Shown here: positions 36,920 to 49,937 of the stretch, in pieces | Layout of the letters: each line of letters opens with the position of its first letter | Position numbering within the stretch: position 1 is the stretch's first letter | Source of the DNA: Magnetococcales bacterium | GTDB lineage: Bacteria > Pseudomonadota > Magnetococcia > Magnetococcales > JADFZT01 | Direction: 5' to 3' | Length of the DNA: 64,000 nucleotides | Assembly (NCBI GenBank): GCA_015232395.1 | Contig: JADFZT010000016.1 | Span: 1,866 to 65,865 of the forward strand | Position numbers and translations under genes: made by a program | Notes under the pieces: model-generated | What the model saw: the letters and a program-made list of their open reading frames with translations, nothing else | What the model was told of the DNA's origin: nothing | The model's database searches: none

Positions 36920-37801
36920 ATGAAACATCCCCGAATCATCGTTTTTGCGCTGCTTTTGGCCTGTATCGTCACCCTGGATTTTGCCAAGGCCGGGTCAACC
37001 CCCCAAACCGCCACCATCGAGCTGCCCCCCGCTTCTCTGGCCGCCTGGTACAAACCCCAAAACAAACGGCAGGTGTGGCTGCACACCATGTTTCGTCTGG
37101 GGCAATCATTCCAGGCGGTGCGCGATAGTGCCGAAGGGGGGGATGGTGAGGCCCTCAACCGCTGGGCGGGGATTTTTACCGAGACCTATGGAAAGCTCAC
37201 CCAAATGGTCCCCGAATGGGCCGAAGAGGTGGATGGGGAAGCCGCGACGGCTTTGAGTGCTGCGGCCAGCCAGGGAGATGTCAAAGGGGTCAAAAGCGCT
37301 CTGAGAAAACTGGGACACACCTGCCGCTCCTGTCACGGGCAATACAAACTCGGTGTGGTGGCCCTGCTGCGGGCGCCGGATTTCAGCGGTGTGGAGATTC
37401 CAGGAAGCCCGGGAGAAATGGCAGAGGATTATCACGGCAGCATGAAAATCCTGCGCCGGGATCTGGCCCGCTTGAAAACAGCCCGGGAGGATGGCCAGAT
37501 GGCAGCAGCCCGCACCCATGTGGATCAACTGAAAGAGCGCCTGATGCGAATGGCCAAGAGCTGTTCGGCCTGCCACCGGGGGGAGGAGCCCCAGGCACGG
37601 ATTTTGGGGGAGCACACCTTCCAGGTGATGGATCAACTGAAAGCCGCCCTGGTAGCACCCCACGATCCCACAAAGAGCGGTCGGCTGTTGGGTGAATTTG
37701 GCTATACCGTCTGTGGCCGCTGTCACAGCATCCATCGCAGCGCCTCAGCCATTCGCCATCTGCTCCAGGAAGCTGCCGGGGAAGGTCAGCACACTCACTG
37801 A
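36920..37801 (+). CDS. Periplasmic triheme cytochrome c (tandem cytochrome c'-like helical bundles)
   Basis: Signal peptide; CRSCH, CSACH and CGRCH at the ends of helical segments. Confidence 0.82.
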   Translation: MKHPRIIVFALLLACIVTLDFAKAGSTPQTATIELPPASLAAWYKPQNKRQVWLHTMFRLGQSFQAVRDSAEGGDGEALNRWAGIFTETYGKLTQMVPEWAEEVDGEAATALSAAASQGDVKGVKSALRKLGHTCRSCHGQYKLGVVALLRAPDFSGVEIPGSPGEMAEDYHGSMKILRRDLARLKTAREDGQMAAARTHVDQLKERLMRMAKSCSACHRGEEPQARILGEHTFQVMDQLKAALVAPHDPTKSGRLLGEFGYTVCGRCHSIHRSASAIRHLLQEAAGEGQHTH

Positions 37802-37866
37802 GGCTGAATTCGGATAAGAGGGGGGCAGATAAAAAACGAGACTGTTTTTTTACGGCCACACTTTTA

Positions 37867-38106
37867 ATAGTAGGTCTACTTCAGAATTGGACACCCTTCT
37901 CTGACTCGTCATCCCCGCGAAGGCGGGGATCCAGAGGGATAATCATGGCTCTCAAGGAAAAACCAAATCTTCAGAAAGTCCGGTGTTTTGCTGAAAGTGA
38001 AGCAAGATTTGGAAAGGTTTGTGCCAGACTCCCTGGATTCCCGCATTCGCGGAAATGACGAAAAAGGGCAACGGCATATGTCTAATTCTTGATTCGAATG
38101 GCTATA
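37867..38106 (+). mobile_element. ~240 bp TA-flanked MITE, copy 2
   Basis: Same architecture and sequence as the element at 32231..32469. Confidence 0.85.
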
Positions 38107-38293
38107 AGCACCGAAAAGCATTCCCCTGGATGGGGGGTGGTTTTCGGTGTTGCTGGGTGGATTTTGTTATCAAAATTTGATTGTTGTTAATAAAATGTTA
38201 CGGCGTGTTGACTTGCTTTTCCCTTCTGTTGGATATTGCTTATGATTTGATATTGATAACTTGTGGGAGTTGGGCGTCAACTGGGGGTGTATT

Positions 38294-38587
38294 GTGAATG
38301 TTGAGAGAGATGAAACGGGTGCGTTGGTCGTTCGCCTGGAAAAAGAGTTTACCTTCAATTTTCGCGAGAAGTTTCGCAAGGCTTATATCGATAACCCCGC
38401 AGGAACCCGCTATGTTCTGGATTTTGGTCGGGTCACCTATATCGACAGTAGCGCTTTGGGGATGCTGCTATTGATGCATGAGCACAACGGCGGGGGAAAC
38501 ACGGAAATAAAATTGACCAACATTCAGGATAGGGTCCGAAAAATTTTGCAGGTAGCCAATTTTGATCGGCTTTTTGCCATATCCTGA
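38294..38587 (+). CDS. STAS-domain anti-sigma factor antagonist
   Basis: LDFGRVTYIDSSALGMLL, VRKILQVANFDRLF. Confidence 0.9.
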   Translation: MNVERDETGALVVRLEKEFTFNFREKFRKAYIDNPAGTRYVLDFGRVTYIDSSALGMLLLMHEHNGGGNTEIKLTNIQDRVRKILQVANFDRLFAIS

Positions 38588-38674
38588 GGGCGGTTGTCCA
38601 CCCTTCTATTGGCACCAGTGATTAATCCCAAACAATTATATAAAGAAGAGGGGGTTTGGGGGAGATTTTCTCCC

Positions 38675-39772
38675 TCAAGATTTTTTTCTTGATCTGGATG
38701 CTGCCCTTCCCTTAACCCCCCGCCAAACCCGAAACCCTTCGGTATCCGCGACCACCTCAACCTGATCCAGACAATCAGCCATCATCCACCCCAAATCCCA
38801 AAAGCGGTTGCCCACCAGCCACATCCCGCCACCGGGTTGCAGCCGCTTGGCTGCCGCCGGAATGAACTGTTGGGTGGCGCTCTGGTCCGGGGCTTCACCG
38901 CGATGGCGGGGAGGGTTGGCGAGAATATGGGAAAATGTCATGCCTTCGAGGAGGTGACCCACCCCATCTTCGGCGATCACCCGACACGATCTCTCCAGGC
39001 CATTGAGCTGGATGCCCCGCTCACAAGAACGCACAGCCGATATTTGATCGTCGCTCATCACCACCTGGAGGCCGGGATGGCGGCGGGCCAGGCTCAAACC
39101 CAGCACCCCCGAACCACACCCCCAATCAAGAAGCTGACCAGTGAGATTTTCCGGCAGGCTCTCAAGCAGCAAACGGGAGGCTGGATCCAGCTCCTGCCAG
39201 GAAAAAACGCCGGGACGGCTGGCAAGCTCCACCCCTGCCGCCTGAATCCGGTGGAATCCTTCATCATCCAGAGCCGGTGCTGAGACAGGCTTGCCCGGGG
39301 CTGGGGTGAAAACGCTCTCTCGACCCAGGGAAAGCAGGCGCACATGTCCCCGATAGGTTTCAGTCGCCGCTTCGGAAAAGCGTTTGCCAATCCCCTCGAT
39401 CCCGCTTTCACGACTGCCGAAAATCCATAAGCGACCCGTCTGCCCCAGGGATGCCAAGGCGGATTCCACCAGGCTGCGGGCGGCTTCCCGTCCGGGGGGC
39501 AGCTCCAGAAGGATATGATTGGCTGGGGTGTGGGCGGTGGGATGGTCGTGGAGTTGGATCGTGAGACTGGGATATTGCTGACGAAATCGTTTGGTGATGG
39601 AGACCCGCCCCGCCACCACCGTGCCGTTAAATCCGGAGGGGATCAGGTGATCCAGGGGGCTTGGAAAATCAGCGGGCCAGTGGCTGAGATAGAGATGGGA
39701 GAGCTGCCCGATGGGACAATCATCGGCCAGTCTGCGCAAAAACCGCTCCATCCCCCGGACATTGGGCCGCAT
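38675..39772 (-). CDS. RsmC-like (MTS family) methyltransferase
   Basis: PGVFSWQELDPASRLL, LDWGCGSG, NPPRH. Confidence 0.75.
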   Translation of the reverse strand: MRPNVRGMERFLRRLADDCPIGQLSHLYLSHWPADFPSPLDHLIPSGFNGTVVAGRVSITKRFRQQYPSLTIQLHDHPTAHTPANHILLELPPGREAARSLVESALASLGQTGRLWIFGSRESGIEGIGKRFSEAATETYRGHVRLLSLGRESVFTPAPGKPVSAPALDDEGFHRIQAAGVELASRPGVFSWQELDPASRLLLESLPENLTGQLLDWGCGSGVLGLSLARRHPGLQVVMSDDQISAVRSCERGIQLNGLERSCRVIAEDGVGHLLEGMTFSHILANPPRHRGEAPDQSATQQFIPAAAKRLQPGGGMWLVGNRFWDLGWMMADCLDQVEVVADTEGFRVWRGVKGRAASRSRKKS

Positions 39773-39779
39773 GGCGGCA

Positions 39780-40892
39780 TCAGGCCGGGCGGTTTGGGGA
39801 GGGCTGTCCGGTCAGCTCTTCAAAAATTTCCCAGATGTGCCGGAGTTCGGTGTGGCGAACGGCGTTGGTGCCGGTAAAAACCAGCCCTTTTTCGATATCC
39901 CCCTGCTGGGCCTGATGGAGCGCCTCGGCGATGCAGAAGGTCTCTTCCTCTTCCCGGCAGATGCAGGCATCCAGACAGGTGGCAAAACATTTTTTCGCCA
40001 CCTCACCCCCGCTGAAGAGGGTTTTGGTGAAGGGGGTTTGCAGGGCACGGCCTGGAAGGCCTGCCGGGGAATCGACAATCACCACGTCTTCAGGGGTGGC
40101 GTCGATGAAGGCTTGCTTGTAGACCGGATCAGCGTCGCATTCGTGGGTACAGATAAAACGGCTGGCCATCTGCACCCCTTTGGCCCCCAGTGAAAAGGCC
40201 CAGTCGATATCCTTGCGATCCCAGATGCCCCCGGCGGTGATGATGGGGATTTCGTCGCCATACTCCTTGCGGGACCATTCCGCCAGCTCGGGAATGACCC
40301 GGGCGGTGGAATATTCTTCGCTGCCCAAAAGTTCCCGTTTGATACCCAGATGTCCCCCGGCTTCGTTGGGATCTTCAAAAACAATGGCGTCGGGCAGGCG
40401 CTTATAGAGTTTGAACCAGCGCTTGGCCATGAGTCTGGCCGCCCGCAGGGAGGAGACGATGGGAACCAGAGCGGTATCGGGATGGCTTGCGGCGAATTCC
40501 GGCAGGCGCAGGGGCAGTCCGGCGCCCGCGACGATCACCTGAGCGCCATTTTCCACCGAGGTGCGCACCATGGATTCGAAATCCCGGATGGCCACCATGC
40601 AGTTGGTGCCGATAATGCCTGTGGGGCTCATCTCCCGGGCGAGGTGCAGCTCGTCCACCAGGGCCTTGGCGTTGGCCCGGTAGTAGTCTTTGCCTTTTTT
40701 ATAATATTTCGAGGCCAGGGAGAGGGCCACCGTGGCGATGAGACCCAAGCCTCCTTCGTTGCCGACGGCCGCAGCCAGGCCGTGGGCTGAAACCCGCACA
40801 CCCATGCCTCCCTGAATGATGGGCACGGGTAGGGTGTATACGCCGATTTTGAGTGGCGGTAACGGTGGCAATGGGGTCTGGGAGGTGGTCAT
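39780..40892 (-). CDS. Nitronate monooxygenase-family flavoprotein, FabX/UfaA-like
   Basis: PIIQGGMG, GAGLP, AGGHLG, AGGIW, SPAGLPGRA, C-terminal CxxxCxxxC..FCI. Confidence 0.8.
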   Translation of the reverse strand: MTTSQTPLPPLPPLKIGVYTLPVPIIQGGMGVRVSAHGLAAAVGNEGGLGLIATVALSLASKYYKKGKDYYRANAKALVDELHLAREMSPTGIIGTNCMVAIRDFESMVRTSVENGAQVIVAGAGLPLRLPEFAASHPDTALVPIVSSLRAARLMAKRWFKLYKRLPDAIVFEDPNEAGGHLGIKRELLGSEEYSTARVIPELAEWSRKEYGDEIPIITAGGIWDRKDIDWAFSLGAKGVQMASRFICTHECDADPVYKQAFIDATPEDVVIVDSPAGLPGRALQTPFTKTLFSGGEVAKKCFATCLDACICREEEETFCIAEALHQAQQGDIEKGLVFTGTNAVRHTELRHIWEIFEELTGQPSPNRPA

Positions 40893-40951
40893 GGCTGGTT
40901 CTTATACTGGAAATTGTCGGGCAAGCCAACGTTTGTCGGCGAAAGGGGAGG

Positions 40952-42001
40952 TCAGGTCCATGTGGCCCAAGGGGGTTTGTGGGCGGTAACCGGTCGGCCC
41001 AAGGCGGTGAGGGGCTTGCCACTCGCCACATCGGACAGGCGCAGAATCGCCAGACCCAGGCAGTTACCGTTATCTTTCGAGAGGCTGGTGAGAATGCCCG
41101 CTTCCTTGTCATCCGCAATCAGGATGGGTGTCCCCACAGGGAGTGCCTCTCCACCTTCCAGAGTGATGGCATGGAGACGTTTTTTCAAGGTGCCGCGATG
41201 ATGGGTCCGGGCAATGGTCTCCTGACCGACATAACAGCCCTTGGTAAAATCGACCCCATTCATCTCCACAAGCCCCGTTTCCGTGGGGATGGTGGTATCC
41301 GGAATCATCTCGTTGCCTCCCCGGGGCAGGCTGTTTTTAATGCGGGCGTGCTCCCAGGATTCGAATCCCGCCGGGGGGAGCTGCTCTGTCAGGCGCTGCC
41401 ACCAGTCGGGGATAAGGTCCGCCGCCATCAACAACCGATAACCGAAAGCGCCGTGTCGGGGATCCTGCCAGAGACGAACACCCGCCTCCGGGGTGAAGGT
41501 AGCCCCCAGGGGAATTTCATCCGGGAGCAGCTCCGGAAAAATCGTGCCGAAAAATTTTTCCGTTTGGGGGCCGATCACCCCCAGCACGCCGAATTGATCG
41601 CTGACATCTTCAACTTGCGCCTTGGTGCGTAAAAGATACATCCTGAATTTATTGAGGAGTGCCGGGAGTCGATCCGGATCGGTGATCAGCAAATAGCGGT
41701 CTTCGTGCTCGACAACGGTAAAATCCCAGAGATAACGCCCCTGGGGAGAGAGCATGGCGGTGTGGATCGATTCGCCTTCGGTCACTTTTTTGATCTGGTT
41801 GGTGATGATGCCGGATAAAAATTTTTCCCGCTCCTCACCCGAAACCGCTACGACTCCCAGGTGGGAAAAATCCACCACAGCGGCATTTTCAAGCAGGGCG
41901 TTACGTTCAGTTTGGGCATCGGAAAAGAGCCCAGGGGTCTTTTTTTCCCGATCCTCGGTCCATGAAAAGCTCCCTGAAAGGTGTCCGTCAAGATGGCTCA
42001 A
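40952..42001 (-). CDS. ygfZ: Folate-binding Fe-S cluster repair protein YgfZ
   Basis: KGCYVGQE signature, GcvT-like fold motifs. Confidence 0.9.
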   Translation of the reverse strand: MSHLDGHLSGSFSWTEDREKKTPGLFSDAQTERNALLENAAVVDFSHLGVVAVSGEEREKFLSGIITNQIKKVTEGESIHTAMLSPQGRYLWDFTVVEHEDRYLLITDPDRLPALLNKFRMYLLRTKAQVEDVSDQFGVLGVIGPQTEKFFGTIFPELLPDEIPLGATFTPEAGVRLWQDPRHGAFGYRLLMAADLIPDWWQRLTEQLPPAGFESWEHARIKNSLPRGGNEMIPDTTIPTETGLVEMNGVDFTKGCYVGQETIARTHHRGTLKKRLHAITLEGGEALPVGTPILIADDKEAGILTSLSKDNGNCLGLAILRLSDVASGKPLTALGRPVTAHKPPWATWT

Positions 42002-42146
42002 TGCAAAAACCCCTTGTCAATGTTGGTGGCTGGTCCCCAGAATGGACGACGAGTTGCGAAATTTTTGAATTAAAGAGTGTGATCCCAAAACGACCGGATC
42101 TTCAGTGACGACCGGACTGTTTCTACATTTACCCTGACGGAGTTAG

Positions 42147-43568
<1,422 letters not shown>

Positions 43569-43588
43569 AGCCGGGGAGCCGGGGTCTG

Positions 43589-44629
43589 ATGACAGCGGTC
43601 CCTGTCCCTGCCAACGCCACACCCCCCTCTGATTCCCCCGGGTCGATTCCCTTATATCGACTGGAGTTGACCCGGGGGGACGAAGCCCGAGTTTTGCAGC
43701 AGTTGGCCCGGGAGCCCTTTGTGGATCGGGCTTTGGTGGAAGCGTGGGAAGGGGCGTGGTCCGATCTTTGGTGGCGTCCGGCGTGCGCCTTTGCCGACAG
43801 CGTTGATCTCATCGCCACCCTGAAAAAAATTTACGGCTGGCGCTCCGGGGATGTGGTGGTGGCTGATCCCCTGGTGAATCCCATCTGGCGGGAGGGCTTG
43901 GCTGCGGCCTGGCTCCACACCGCCCCGGTGGATATCGATCCCCTCACCGGCTTGGCCACCGAACAATCTCCCCTCTATCCCCCTGAAGGGGGTACCCCCC
44001 AAGCCCGAATCGTGCAACATACATTGGGTCATCCCCACCGCATATTTCGCTGGGAAACCACTGTTCTGGAAGATGTTTCCGCCATCCTGAAGCCCCTTCC
44101 GGGGTGTGGTGGAGGGGATCTTCAGATGTTGAGCCTGGATCCCAACCGCATGGTGCGTGCAGGTGAGGGCGTGGTGGCGCTCTCTGAGGATAAAAACCTC
44201 ATCCAAACCCTGAAAAAACATCGTCCCCGCCTCCCCGCAGCGGGTGCTGTGGCCCTGGGGCTCTCCCAGCTTTCCCGGATCGACCGGATTCTTGAAGGGC
44301 GTGAACACCTGGCAAAAAATTATTTGGCCCTGCGGGATCGGGGCCTGTTCCATAAACCATCCAACCCCCAAAGGGGCCGGGCCTGGGACGGTTTTTTTTT
44401 GGTGATGAGATCCCCCGAAGCCCGGGAATCCCTGAAAGCATTTTTAAATAAATCCAATATTTTGGCCGATTCTCCCCTCTGGTTTAAGTCTCAAGTTCTG
44501 GATCAACTGCCTGGTTTGGAGGGGTTTTTGGCAACCTCCCTGGCTCTCCCCCTCTATCTTCCCCTCACCCCCCGGGAGCAGAAGCGGGTCATTAATCGAG
44601 TGCATCGCTGGGTGGAAAAGCGCTTTTAA
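43589..44629 (+). CDS. Degenerate DegT/DnrJ/EryC1/StrS aminotransferase-like protein
   Basis: VDIDP, VLED, SLDPNRMVRAGEG (Arg in place of the PLP lysine), LGLSQLSRID, SLALPLY. Confidence 0.7.
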   Translation: MTAVPVPANATPPSDSPGSIPLYRLELTRGDEARVLQQLAREPFVDRALVEAWEGAWSDLWWRPACAFADSVDLIATLKKIYGWRSGDVVVADPLVNPIWREGLAAAWLHTAPVDIDPLTGLATEQSPLYPPEGGTPQARIVQHTLGHPHRIFRWETTVLEDVSAILKPLPGCGGGDLQMLSLDPNRMVRAGEGVVALSEDKNLIQTLKKHRPRLPAAGAVALGLSQLSRIDRILEGREHLAKNYLALRDRGLFHKPSNPQRGRAWDGFFLVMRSPEARESLKAFLNKSNILADSPLWFKSQVLDQLPGLEGFLATSLALPLYLPLTPREQKRVINRVHRWVEKRF

Positions 44630-44691
44630 TGATTTTCGTTGGCTGATATCTTGTCTGTTTTGAACAAGACAACCAATGGAAAGGGGGAAAC

Positions 44692-45660
44692 ATGGATTCC
44701 GAATTTCATTACTATGTCACCGGATTGATTGCCCAAAGGGCTGGCTTTTCCGACAGGGATGCCAAAATTATCGCCTGCTCATCGGAGTATGTGGATGAAA
44801 ACGATCTCTGTTTTAAGATCGAAGATGCACAAACGGGCGATATATATGAAAATTTTATCAGTCAAACGATGAACATTCTCCTGCCCAAGCAGGAGCTTAT
44901 GCGGATTTATCCCATTTTCCATTTTGTGCCGGGAGATCCCACTGCCAAAAGCGCACGCAGAAAAGATGGCAAGATGCACATCCTCAACACCACGCCGGAC
45001 AATGACAGAGCCAAAGCGCTTTTGGCCGATGCTTTCGGGGCGACCGGCTCCCTGCTGCCTTACCGTATCGGTATCGCCTCCCACGCCTATGTGGATACCT
45101 GGGCACATCAAAATTTTGTCGGGTGGTACAGTGACTTTAACCAGATTGGCAGCAACATCATCCCCAACATCGGTCACGCCGATGCCATACACCATCCGGA
45201 CTGGATTGGTCACCAATGGGTCGATCCCCGCCTGGTGAAGTCGGAGGTCAACAATCAGGTTCGCTTTCTGGAAGCTGCCGAGGCGCTTCTTCGTCAATAT
45301 TGCACCCACCTGAATAAAACCGATGCAGATGCCCGATGGCGTGCCCTTGAAACGGATCTGGAGGGGGTGTTCAATCCCACCTTTACCGGCCCTGCGATCA
45401 AATATAAGGAGGAGCGTCTCAAGGCATTAACCACGTTGACCGGCTTTGCAGAGTTTGATGAGTGGAGATGGTACAAAGAGGCCATCAAAAAGCATTGGCC
45501 ACCAGTGGATGATTCGGATGGTTATTGGCGAGACGATATAGACAAGGCCGATACCGATTGGTGGCGGTTTCAGGAGTCGGTCAAGGCCCATGAAAAAACA
45601 GGGATTCAAGTTCTGAGCGATCTGTTTGAAGAGATGGATGTCAAAATCGATCAAGCCTAG
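44692..45660 (+). CDS. DUF6765-like protein (Zn phospholipase C/S1-P1-like His motifs)
   Basis: MDSEFHYY, SEYVD, FHFVPG, GIASHAYVDTWAHQNF, IGHADA. Confidence 0.7.
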   Translation: MDSEFHYYVTGLIAQRAGFSDRDAKIIACSSEYVDENDLCFKIEDAQTGDIYENFISQTMNILLPKQELMRIYPIFHFVPGDPTAKSARRKDGKMHILNTTPDNDRAKALLADAFGATGSLLPYRIGIASHAYVDTWAHQNFVGWYSDFNQIGSNIIPNIGHADAIHHPDWIGHQWVDPRLVKSEVNNQVRFLEAAEALLRQYCTHLNKTDADARWRALETDLEGVFNPTFTGPAIKYKEERLKALTTLTGFAEFDEWRWYKEAIKKHWPPVDDSDGYWRDDIDKADTDWWRFQESVKAHEKTGIQVLSDLFEEMDVKIDQA

Positions 45661-45751
45661 ATCGGTTGCATATATTGGCTTTGCAAACTGCCGGGGATCT
45701 TCGTGATCTTCGGCAGTTCCTTTTTGGAGGGGGATTTTTGTGGAAAAATAG

Positions 45752-47800
<2,049 letters not shown>

Positions 47801-47831
47801 AAGTAGGCGTTTTTCTTTTGATTCTATTAAT

Positions 47832-47954
47832 AGGGGTGCAGGGGGATTATCTCCCTGCCGGGTTTGGGCAGAGCCCAAGGTTTTGATTTTGCTTTATCTT
47901 TTGAATTTTTTCCATATCCAACGGGTTTGGCCAGAGCCCAAGGTTTTGCTTTTG
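47832..47954. repeat. REP-like hairpin element with a duplicated GGGTTTGGSCAGAGCCCAAGGTTTTGMTTTTG unit
   Basis: GCAGGGGGATTATCTCCCTGC hairpin followed by ~33 bp direct repeats at ~47860 and ~47922, between convergent genes. Confidence 0.6.
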
Positions 47955-47968
47955 TTCTCACCTTCTTC

Positions 47969-48430
47969 TCAATAGCAGCACTCTTCCAGCACATCCCGAA
48001 ACGAAATCACCTTCCAGCTCTGTTCAGCCCACACCAGTTTAACCCATTGGCGGTGGAGCTGTGGGGGTTGCAGCATTCCGGCGGGGGTGTCTTCCTGGAT
48101 CACCTGCACCCCCTGAATCTCTGCCTGTTTTCCGCTGAGGGAGAGTTTTTTATCCACAATCATAAACATCGGCGTGCTGATAGGGGGGATTTTCAGCCCT
48201 TCCAGCACTTTGGCTTCTTTAAGCTGAACCAGCTCCAGGGCCTGTTCCCGGGAGTGGGCTCGGGCCTCATCGAAGCGGCCAGCCATCAAGGCATTGGCAA
48301 ATTGTTGATAGGCCGCGATCGCCTCTTTTTCCTGGGTGGTTGGATCCACTTCCCCTCCCCAGGCTGGTAGAGCTGGCAGCCAGAGGAGGATGAACAGGGC
48401 CAATCGGGGTGAGAGTCCGCACTGTTTCAT
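47969..48430 (-). CDS. Hypothetical exported protein
   Basis: Signal peptide (LALFILLWLPALPAWG); NTF2-like secondary-structure pattern. Confidence 0.65.
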   Translation of the reverse strand: MKQCGLSPRLALFILLWLPALPAWGGEVDPTTQEKEAIAAYQQFANALMAGRFDEARAHSREQALELVQLKEAKVLEGLKIPPISTPMFMIVDKKLSLSGKQAEIQGVQVIQEDTPAGMLQPPQLHRQWVKLVWAEQSWKVISFRDVLEECCY

Positions 48431-48840
48431 AAGAGTCGTTCCAAGTCCTGTTTGATTTTGGCCGGTATTCCCCAGACCATTTTTCCTGATTGGATGAAAT
48501 GGAATCCCGGGTGGTTTGGTTGGGGGGGAAGCCTGTTTGGGTTTTGCTGGCTATTTTCCAGTCTTTGTTCGAGGGAATCAAACAGGTCATTTCACCCGGT
48601 CATGGAGGTCAATGAGCATGAAAAAGCCTGTTGTGTGGTGATTTTTGAGGGTGTTTGGGCGGGGGTGTGGCAAATGACTCAAAAGAATGGATAAAGTTGA
48701 GTGATTTCACCTGTTTTATGGTGGGGCTCTTGGGTGTTTTCCTTAAAAATCAACATCATGAAACTTGGTCCGAATATTGACTCTCTACCCTATTCAGTCT
48801 AATCAGCCCCCTCTTGGGGTTGTGGGGCTTGGGTCTTCCC

Positions 48841-48857
48841 TTGGCATCTAAGGTGCA
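48841..48857 (+). promoter_or_regulatory. Putative sigma54 (-24/-12) promoter of the Csp1 gene
   Basis: TTGGCATCTAAGGTGCA gives exact GG-N10-GC spacing, ~105 nt upstream of the ATG. Confidence 0.6.
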
Positions 48858-48962
48858 AATCCAGTTCTGCAACCCTTTTTTTTGGGCATAAAGCACCCTT
48901 ATTCATCAGACCTGCACCTTGGAATAGTCCGCCACCAATCATTGAATCCAGGAGAGAGTACC

Positions 48963-49460
48963 ATGCAAAAATCATCAGATGAGTCCCAAACCGCTGCCGG
49001 CAACCCCCTCAACCGCCGGGATCTGCTGGTGGGGGCTTCCACCGTCGGAGCGGGCCTTCTCGCCGCCACCCTGACCCCGGGCAGCGCCCTGGCTGAGATG
49101 GATCACGCCCACCATCATGGGGGTGGAACAGCCAATGAAGCGGTGATTGATGCCGCCCTTGATTGCGTCAAGACAGGTTCAATCTGCCTGGATCACTGCA
49201 TCACCCTCTTGGGGAGTGGGGATGTTGCCATGAAAGAGTGCATGGACTCCGTTTCGGAAATGCTCCCCGCCTGTTCCGCTTTGGCGCGTTTGGCCGCCCT
49301 CGATTCAGCCCACCTGAAACAGTTCGCCCAGGTGTGCATCACCATCTGCATCGCTTGTGAAAAAGCCTGTGCCCAGCACAAGGACAAGCATGCCCAATGC
49401 CGGGCCTGCATGGAGTCGTGCCAGAAGTGCATCGCGGCCTGCAAAAAGTTGATCGGTTAA
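48963..49460 (+). CDS. Tat-exported four-helix-bundle copper storage protein (Csp1 family)
   Basis: NRRDLL Tat signal, MDHAHHH, 14 Cys in CXXC/CXXXC helical spacing. Confidence 0.9.
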   Translation: MQKSSDESQTAAGNPLNRRDLLVGASTVGAGLLAATLTPGSALAEMDHAHHHGGGTANEAVIDAALDCVKTGSICLDHCITLLGSGDVAMKECMDSVSEMLPACSALARLAALDSAHLKQFAQVCITICIACEKACAQHKDKHAQCRACMESCQKCIAACKKLIG

Positions 49461-49506
49461 TCAAATCCGGGTGGCCGGTTCGGCGGAGGCAGCCTTCCCG
49501 TTCCGG

Positions 49507-49779
49507 CTACAACCCGATCATCTGGGTGTGCAATCCCCCATGGGGCAGGCCAAGAGGCCGGAAGAGGGTGAAATCATAGTGCTGCACCAGCCGGTTGATA
49601 TCGGTGGCGCTCACCCGCTTTGGATCGTAGCGGACATTCATCAGATGGGGATTGTGGGTCTGAAACTGGACTGAATGAACCCCCTCCCGCAGAATCAGGG
49701 TGTGGGTCAGGCGCACTCTTTGGTCATCGTCCAGGGTTTCGTCGATGTGAATGGTGATGTCGGCGGGATAGTTTTCCAT
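49507..49779 (-). CDS. Small HMA-fold-like protein lacking CXXC
   Basis: ADITIHIDETL...GVHSV...PHLMNVRYDP...GLHTQMIGL; GAGGAG SD. Confidence 0.7.
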   Translation of the reverse strand: MENYPADITIHIDETLDDDQRVRLTHTLILREGVHSVQFQTHNPHLMNVRYDPKRVSATDINRLVQHYDFTLFRPLGLPHGGLHTQMIGL

Positions 49780-49937
49780 GGGGGGTCTCCTCAAGCTCGG
49801 ATGGCGACCGTTATTCGAGGAATTGGGACTTAGCCCTTTGAGTGGCCAAAAAGCCTTTTGGTTCCGATTTTCGGTGGAAAAACAGGCTTTCCAGTCAAAG
49901 GTGCCGCCAGTGGGGAAGAGAGGATAAGAGCGTTGGT

